Source: Acaryochloris marina S15 (GTDB lineage Bacteria; Cyanobacteriota; Cyanobacteriia; Thermosynechococcales; Thermosynechococcaceae). Taken from it: 32,000 nt of DNA. Below, piece by piece: positions 27,193-32,000 of the stretch. A program made the translations under genes and the position numbers. Within the stretch, counting starts at the first letter, position 1. Every line of letters starts with the position of its first letter. A model generated the notes under the pieces. It saw only the letters and a program-made list of their open reading frames with translations, ran no database searches and was not told the DNA's origin. Location: contig NZ_CP064923.1 in assembly GCF_018336915.1 (NCBI RefSeq), positions 4,740,001 to 4,772,000 of the forward strand. Reading direction: 5' to 3'.

Positions 27193-28791
27193 CTAGCTGA
27201 GTTGGGCTACAACCTGGTTTTTGAGCAATGTATCTTGGGTTAGCAGATCTTCGACACTGATGCGTAGGGTGCGTCGGTTATCTACCCAAAACAAAACCTT
27301 AATGCGATCGCTCCCTGGATACCCAGGCGGCATGAGCTGTGCAACCTTTCTGGAACCCTCTCGATCATTGAGAGGTTGAACCAGGGTCTGGGATTCAGAC
27401 AATTGCCGAGTCACCAAGCGATCGCCATCGAAAAAGACTTCAGTCCCACTGTTGGTATTGCCCAATTCTCCTAGAATCAGCTCAATGCTAGGTTGGGCAT
27501 CGCTAGAAGCCCCCAGGGTCAGCTCGATAGGTTCTTCCATGGGATAGGGTAAACCCGCTGGGATAATGGGATGCCAACTATGGGTCTGTTGACGACGGTC
27601 CCAGTAGCGAACGCCATAGCTGTGATAGAGAAAATCTTTAACTTCTAAGCCCTGAGCCACCTGTAAAGCCCCTTGGGCAATCGCCTCAAAGGGACGGTTA
27701 CTGCAAATGCGGCTGTCATCAAAATATTGCTGCACCCAGGTTTGGACGGCAGGGATCTGACTAGTTCCCCCCACCAATAGAACGGCTTTAATATCGTTAA
27801 CCTCTAAACCTTGGCGGCGAGCTTGTTGCAAGACCTGGGTCATACTCTCATCCAGGCGATCAAAGAACTGATGCTCCTTGAGAATTTGCTCAAATTGCTC
27901 TCGGTCCAAGGCCAGCTCATAACTATCAAAGGTTTCTTCATTAAAGTAAACCTCTGTAGCTTTAGGCTGCAGTGATAGTTGAATTTTGAGCCGCTCCGCT
28001 AATCGAGTCGTCAGAGGGGTTACGGCTAAGTTTTGCGTTTTAGCAAAGTGATCGACAAGCCAATTATCAATATCGGTTCCACCCAAATTCTGCCCAGCTT
28101 TAGCCAGGACACGGGCTGATTGCGGTCGTTGTTTTGAGGTATCCGCTAGATTCTTATCGCCCCATTTAAGAATGAAACCCAAGGGCTGGGTCTTTTGTTG
28201 AGACGTATTGATCTGAACCAGAGAAAGATCAAAGGTACCGCCCCCAAAGTCCACCACCAGCAGTACATCTTGATCAGCCTTGCCATAGCCTAACGCTGCC
28301 GCTGTCGGTTCATCAATCATGCGGACCTGCTCTACCTGCAGATCTTGGCAAACCTGCCCCAGCCAATGGCGATAGGTTTCAAAGCTATCCACTGGAACGG
28401 TTAGAACTAATGAGTCTTTGACGTCAGGATAGGTGGTTTGGAGCTGCTGGAGGATCGTTTGCAAAAACCAGCTTCCCACCTGCTCAAACTGAACCGTTTG
28501 GCCATCCAGTTCAGGCAAAAAACCCTGGACCTTGGAGCCAATCCCTCGTTTGAAGCTGCGGAAAAAGCGCGGATCGGTTTGGATATCCAGACCGCGATCT
28601 CGCACCTGCTGACCCACACAGACTTTGTTTTCCGCCGCCTGCTCCACATAAAGCAGACTGGGGATAAGGTCAGGATTTTGGGCCGTCTGATAGCTCAAAC
28701 TGGGTAGATTAATGATTTCAGATTGCTCTGTTACAGGGTTCCAACGAGCAATAACGGTATTACTGGTACCAAAATCAATTGCGTAACTCAA
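27193..28791 (-). CDS. Atypical Hsp70-family ATPase (DnaK-like nucleotide-binding domain, short C-terminus without helical lid)
   Basis: 532 aa with a TTG start. Actin-fold motifs are AIDFGTSNT, VVDFGGGTFD and LLVGGTSQIPAV. The C-terminal ~150 aa looks beta-rich and lacks the lid and EEVD-type tail of canonical DnaK. Confidence 0.85.
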   Translation of the reverse strand: MSYAIDFGTSNTVIARWNPVTEQSEIINLPSLSYQTAQNPDLIPSLLYVEQAAENKVCVGQQVRDRGLDIQTDPRFFRSFKRGIGSKVQGFLPELDGQTVQFEQVGSWFLQTILQQLQTTYPDVKDSLVLTVPVDSFETYRHWLGQVCQDLQVEQVRMIDEPTAAALGYGKADQDVLLVVDFGGGTFDLSLVQINTSQQKTQPLGFILKWGDKNLADTSKQRPQSARVLAKAGQNLGGTDIDNWLVDHFAKTQNLAVTPLTTRLAERLKIQLSLQPKATEVYFNEETFDSYELALDREQFEQILKEHQFFDRLDESMTQVLQQARRQGLEVNDIKAVLLVGGTSQIPAVQTWVQQYFDDSRICSNRPFEAIAQGALQVAQGLEVKDFLYHSYGVRYWDRRQQTHSWHPIIPAGLPYPMEEPIELTLGASSDAQPSIELILGELGNTNSGTEVFFDGDRLVTRQLSESQTLVQPLNDREGSRKVAQLMPPGYPGSDRIKVLFWVDNRRTLRISVEDLLTQDTLLKNQVVAQLS

Positions 28792-29041
28792 GAGACTTAC
28801 CGCTCACTGACACGAAATGGATAACGTTTGAGAAAACGCCTAATTAAGCATTCCAAGCCACAACAGCGAGGGGAAAGGTACACAAGCCTGAAGATGTGCC
28901 TTCCGAACTACTCATTGAGGCAATCCTCATTCAATTAGTATACAAAAGAGATCAGACAGCTCCAGATAGAGCTGAAGTCATCTCACCTGAATGAAGCCCA
29001 CTGTTCTGAAAGATTTGTGAACCTTCGCGGTAGGCAATGCC

Positions 29042-29497
29042 ATGTATCCCCTATACCACTACTGCTTCAGCCTGATGATTGGACTAGCCAGCCTGTCTCC
29101 TGCGGCGGCGATGTCTTTTGCGACCCATCCGATTGTGTTTCCCCCATCAGGCCATCATATTTTATGGATTACACAAGGGGTGATACAGGCAGAGCCCCAG
29201 TCAGTTCCCTTACCTGACTCGATTCAACAAGCGATTCTGCAAGATATTTCCCAACAAACGGGCGACGTCCCAGAGCGTTTTCAAATCATTCAAGCCCAAA
29301 AACAAACCTGGCCAGATGGTTGTTTAGGATTAGCCACTCCTGATGTGTTGTGCACAATGGCCCTAGTCGAGGGGTGGCAGGTGCAAGTTTCTAATGGATC
29401 GCAGACATGGACCTACCGTACCGATACCTTTGGAGATGTAGTGAAATTAGAACCTGACACCGCATCCGCCCCAAAAACTGGCCCCAAAAACCGTTAG
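29042..29497 (+). CDS. Hypothetical secreted protein
   Basis: 151 aa. The signal-like N-terminus is FSLMIGLASLSPAAA. The C-terminal ~80 aa module carries a Cys pair (WPDGCLGLATPDVLCTMALVEGWQVQV..WTYRTD). I recognise no family with confidence. Confidence 0.5.
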   Translation: MYPLYHYCFSLMIGLASLSPAAAMSFATHPIVFPPSGHHILWITQGVIQAEPQSVPLPDSIQQAILQDISQQTGDVPERFQIIQAQKQTWPDGCLGLATPDVLCTMALVEGWQVQVSNGSQTWTYRTDTFGDVVKLEPDTASAPKTGPKNR

Positions 29498-29644
29498 GAC
29501 AACATCTAGCTTCTACTTTGCAGTCAAAGTGGGGGGATTCCTATCCAATCAATCGCAGCCTCTCCAAGGCTAATGAGCACAAGACGTTGAGGTGACCTTA
29601 CCGTACTATGATGGCCTAAGCCTTCAAGCACAGGCTTTTTTGTC

Positions 29645-30607
29645 ATGAAGACGGTTTTAGTCACAGGGGCAACTGGATTTGTAGGCGGGCATCTATTGTC
29701 ATGCTTAGAGGGGCATCCCTACAAACTGAGGCTAGCCCTGAGAAAGCCACCTAAATCACCACTCCTGCCCGGTGCAGACCTAATCCAAGTGGGAGATATC
29801 AATGCTTTAACGCACTGGCAAGAAGCTCTCATGGGTGTTGATATCGTGATTCATCTAGCGTCCCGCGCCCATATTCTCCAAGAAACGGTGGCCGATCCGA
29901 TGGCTGCTTTTATGGAGGTGAATGTTGAGGGAACTCATACCCTAGTCCAGCAATCAATAAAGGCGGGAGTTCAACACTTTATCTTCATCAGTTCGATTGG
30001 AGCGATGACGACCTTGAGTAATGACGGTTTAACAGAAGAGTCACCCTGTCATCCTGACTCACCCTATGGCCGCAGCAAATGGCAGGCAGAGCAGGACTTG
30101 ACGGCCCTTGCGCAACCCACCGAGATGCGGTGGACGATTTTGCGCCCGACATTGGTGTATGGTCCTCGCAATCCCGGCAATATGGAGCGATTGATCAAGC
30201 TAGTCGATCAGGGATTACCTTTACCCTTTGGCTTAATTAAAAATCGTCGAAGCCTAGTGTACGTAGGCAATCTAGTCGAGGCCATTGTGATCAGCCTGGA
30301 CAATCCAAAAGCGTTTAATCAAACCTTTCTGATCAGTGATGGGCTTACGATATCCACGGCTGAACTCATTCGTGCCATTGCCCTGGCGTTGCATCGTCCA
30401 GCCCGATTGCTCCCCATTCCGCCGATATTGCTCAAACTCTTGGGCATACTAACCGGTAAAACTGATGCGGTCGATCGTCTTTTGGGCTCATTGGCGGTTG
30501 ATAGTGATAAGATTTTCCAGACTTTAGATTGGACACCCCCCTACTCTATGGAACAAGGCCTCCTCGAAACTGCAGAATGGTATGCTCATGGCGCTTCCGA
30601 AGCGTAA
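29645..30607 (+). CDS. NAD-dependent sugar-nucleotide epimerase/dehydratase (extended SDR family)
   Basis: 320 aa. It has the Rossmann motif VLVTGATGFVGGHL and the catalytic SPYGRSK (YxxxK). Substrate specificity cannot be read from the sequence. Confidence 0.85.
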   Translation: MKTVLVTGATGFVGGHLLSCLEGHPYKLRLALRKPPKSPLLPGADLIQVGDINALTHWQEALMGVDIVIHLASRAHILQETVADPMAAFMEVNVEGTHTLVQQSIKAGVQHFIFISSIGAMTTLSNDGLTEESPCHPDSPYGRSKWQAEQDLTALAQPTEMRWTILRPTLVYGPRNPGNMERLIKLVDQGLPLPFGLIKNRRSLVYVGNLVEAIVISLDNPKAFNQTFLISDGLTISTAELIRAIALALHRPARLLPIPPILLKLLGILTGKTDAVDRLLGSLAVDSDKIFQTLDWTPPYSMEQGLLETAEWYAHGASEA

Positions 30608-30659
30608 TTCACACCAATCGTCCTCAATGATCAGCGCTCAAGGGATTCACTAAGGATTC

Positions 30660-31649
30660 ATGGTCTTTATTGTTATTTGTTCTATAGTCAGCTGCATATT
30701 CAGCATCCTTGGGGTTTACGCCTTAACCAAAACCCTCAAGCAGATATTGATAGATATCCCCAATGAGCGTAGCTCCCATACTCAACCGACTCCTAGAGGA
30801 GGGGGGCTAGGATTTATTCTGGCTTTTGCCGTATCGGCCTACCTCAGCCAAACCTTATTCAATGATCCGCAGATTCCCTTTGCTTATCCCCTCTGGTTAC
30901 CCTTGACCTTTTTAGTCGGGGTTGGCTGTATGGATGATTGGAAAAATTTGTCGTCGACGTTGAGATATGCGGTACAGCTCTTAGTCGCCTGCATGATTGT
31001 CTGGCAGGGCAATGCCTTTCCCCAGCCGTGGTTAGAGTCGTTGGGAACTGTTGGTTTTTTGGTTGCGATCGCAACCACAATCATCGGCCTGACCGCCTTG
31101 GTCAATTTCTATAATTTTATGGATGGCATGGATGGATTGGTCGGTGGGGTAAGCGCCGTCCAGTTAGGTTTTATGGCGGTTTGGTCTCAAGAGCCCGTTC
31201 TCTGGCTGCTGGTTTCGGCCTTGGTTGGATTTCTTTATTGGAATTGGTCTCCAGCCAAGATCTTTATGGGGGATGTGGGCAGCACCTTTCTGGGGGCGGT
31301 GATGGCAATTACGCTACTTAACCAAACGGGCACTGTAGAAGAGAGTTGGGCCGCTTTGGCCATTACCCTACCAATTACAGGGGATGCCATTTACACCCTG
31401 TGCTGTCGGACCCTTCGTGGTGAAAATATTTTCAAAGCCCATCGGAGTCATGTGTATCAGCGACTGAATCAAGCTGGTTGGAGTCACGGCAAGGTGGCAG
31501 CCCTGTATGTAGGTGTAACAGTTGTATTGGCCCTGCTCATCTATGGCTATGGCGGCTTGGGGGCCTGGATCAGTTTGCTGGGCGTTGCCGTCTCAATTCT
31601 CATTGCTGAACGATATCTGAGTACTCGTAAGCAACCCCTCAACCATTAA
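30660..31649 (+). CDS. Polyprenyl-phosphate hexosamine-1-phosphate transferase (MraY/WecA/WbpL family, glycosyltransferase family 4)
   Basis: 329 aa polytopic protein. NFYNFMDGMDGL (NxxDGxDGL) and FMGDVGSTFLG are family hallmarks. AAGGA SD lies upstream, 52 nt after the epimerase gene. Confidence 0.85.
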   Translation: MVFIVICSIVSCIFSILGVYALTKTLKQILIDIPNERSSHTQPTPRGGGLGFILAFAVSAYLSQTLFNDPQIPFAYPLWLPLTFLVGVGCMDDWKNLSSTLRYAVQLLVACMIVWQGNAFPQPWLESLGTVGFLVAIATTIIGLTALVNFYNFMDGMDGLVGGVSAVQLGFMAVWSQEPVLWLLVSALVGFLYWNWSPAKIFMGDVGSTFLGAVMAITLLNQTGTVEESWAALAITLPITGDAIYTLCCRTLRGENIFKAHRSHVYQRLNQAGWSHGKVAALYVGVTVVLALLIYGYGGLGAWISLLGVAVSILIAERYLSTRKQPLNH

Positions 31650-31653
31650 ATCT

Positions 31654-32000
31654 CTACAAAACACGCAGCAGACTGGGAATAGAGTCAATAGCTGCCATTT
31701 GGCGAATTTCATCTAAAGCTCGATGAAAATTACCTTCCTGGACATCGTGGGTGACCACCACAATTTCTGCCAGCTCAGCTTTGATACCCGTTTGCACAAT
31801 AGATTCTAAACTCACCCCATGATTACCAAAGACGGTGCCCAACTTGCCGATCACTCCGGGATGATCCTTGGTTAAGAATCGAGCATAGAAGCGGGTGACC
31901 AAGTCATTCATGGGAGCAATATTGCAGTAATGCTGATGAGAACAGGCCAGCAACGGGTGAATACGAGAGGTTTCCGGATCGTTCGCCACAATGCCCGTTT
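31654..32000 (-). CDS. hom: Homoserine dehydrogenase, C-terminal part (ACT domain); the N-terminus lies beyond the window end
   Basis: The reading frame stays open to the window edge. ..IAPMNDLVTRFYARFLTKDHPGVIGKLGTVFGNHGVSLESIVQTG..AEIVVVTHDVQEGNFHRALDEIRQMAAIDSIPSLLRVL matches the C-terminal ACT region of Hom proteins. Confidence 0.8.
   Translation of the reverse strand, partial: TGIVANDPETSRIHPLLACSHQHYCNIAPMNDLVTRFYARFLTKDHPGVIGKLGTVFGNHGVSLESIVQTGIKAELAEIVVVTHDVQEGNFHRALDEIRQMAAIDSIPSLLRVL

Overview
Cyanobacterial chromosomal window. Evidence for the taxon is 12 exact copies of the HIP1 octamer GCGATCGC plus ndhB, petH, petG and chlP. I call about 30 protein-coding genes. Most are housekeeping or photosynthesis genes: AtzE/AtzG-like amidase pair, ubiD, topA, ndhB, petH, chlP, panB, hisH, rsmD, petG, an M61 peptidase, a glycan-initiation pair and the 3' end of hom. 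Between them are patches of uncharacterised envelope or secreted proteins. I found no rRNA, tRNA, CRISPR array, transposase, integrase or prophage signature. All identifications rest on motifs I recognised in the supplied translations or in my own translations; no search was run. The most system-like unexplained locus is a tightly coupled three-gene cassette at 3911-7512 (minus strand). It encodes a binding-protein-fold + vWA(MIDAS) secreted protein, a 2-TM coiled-coil protein and a paralogous binding-protein-only protein, with no ABC transporter partner. A secreted 14-repeat LRR protein sits next to it. Other points: petG (36 codons, GTG start) is missing from the ORF track and hidden under a spurious 79-aa ORF. 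The FNR lacks the usual CpcD-like N-terminal domain. A TonB homologue carries a ~165-aa Pro-rich tail after its C-terminal domain. An AT-rich, gene-poor ~1.9 kb patch lies at 23.07-24.97 kb. A 428-bp convergent spacer holds three hairpins and is a weak sRNA candidate. I see no recognisable defence, toxin or mobile system, and the novelty claims are modest and hedged.
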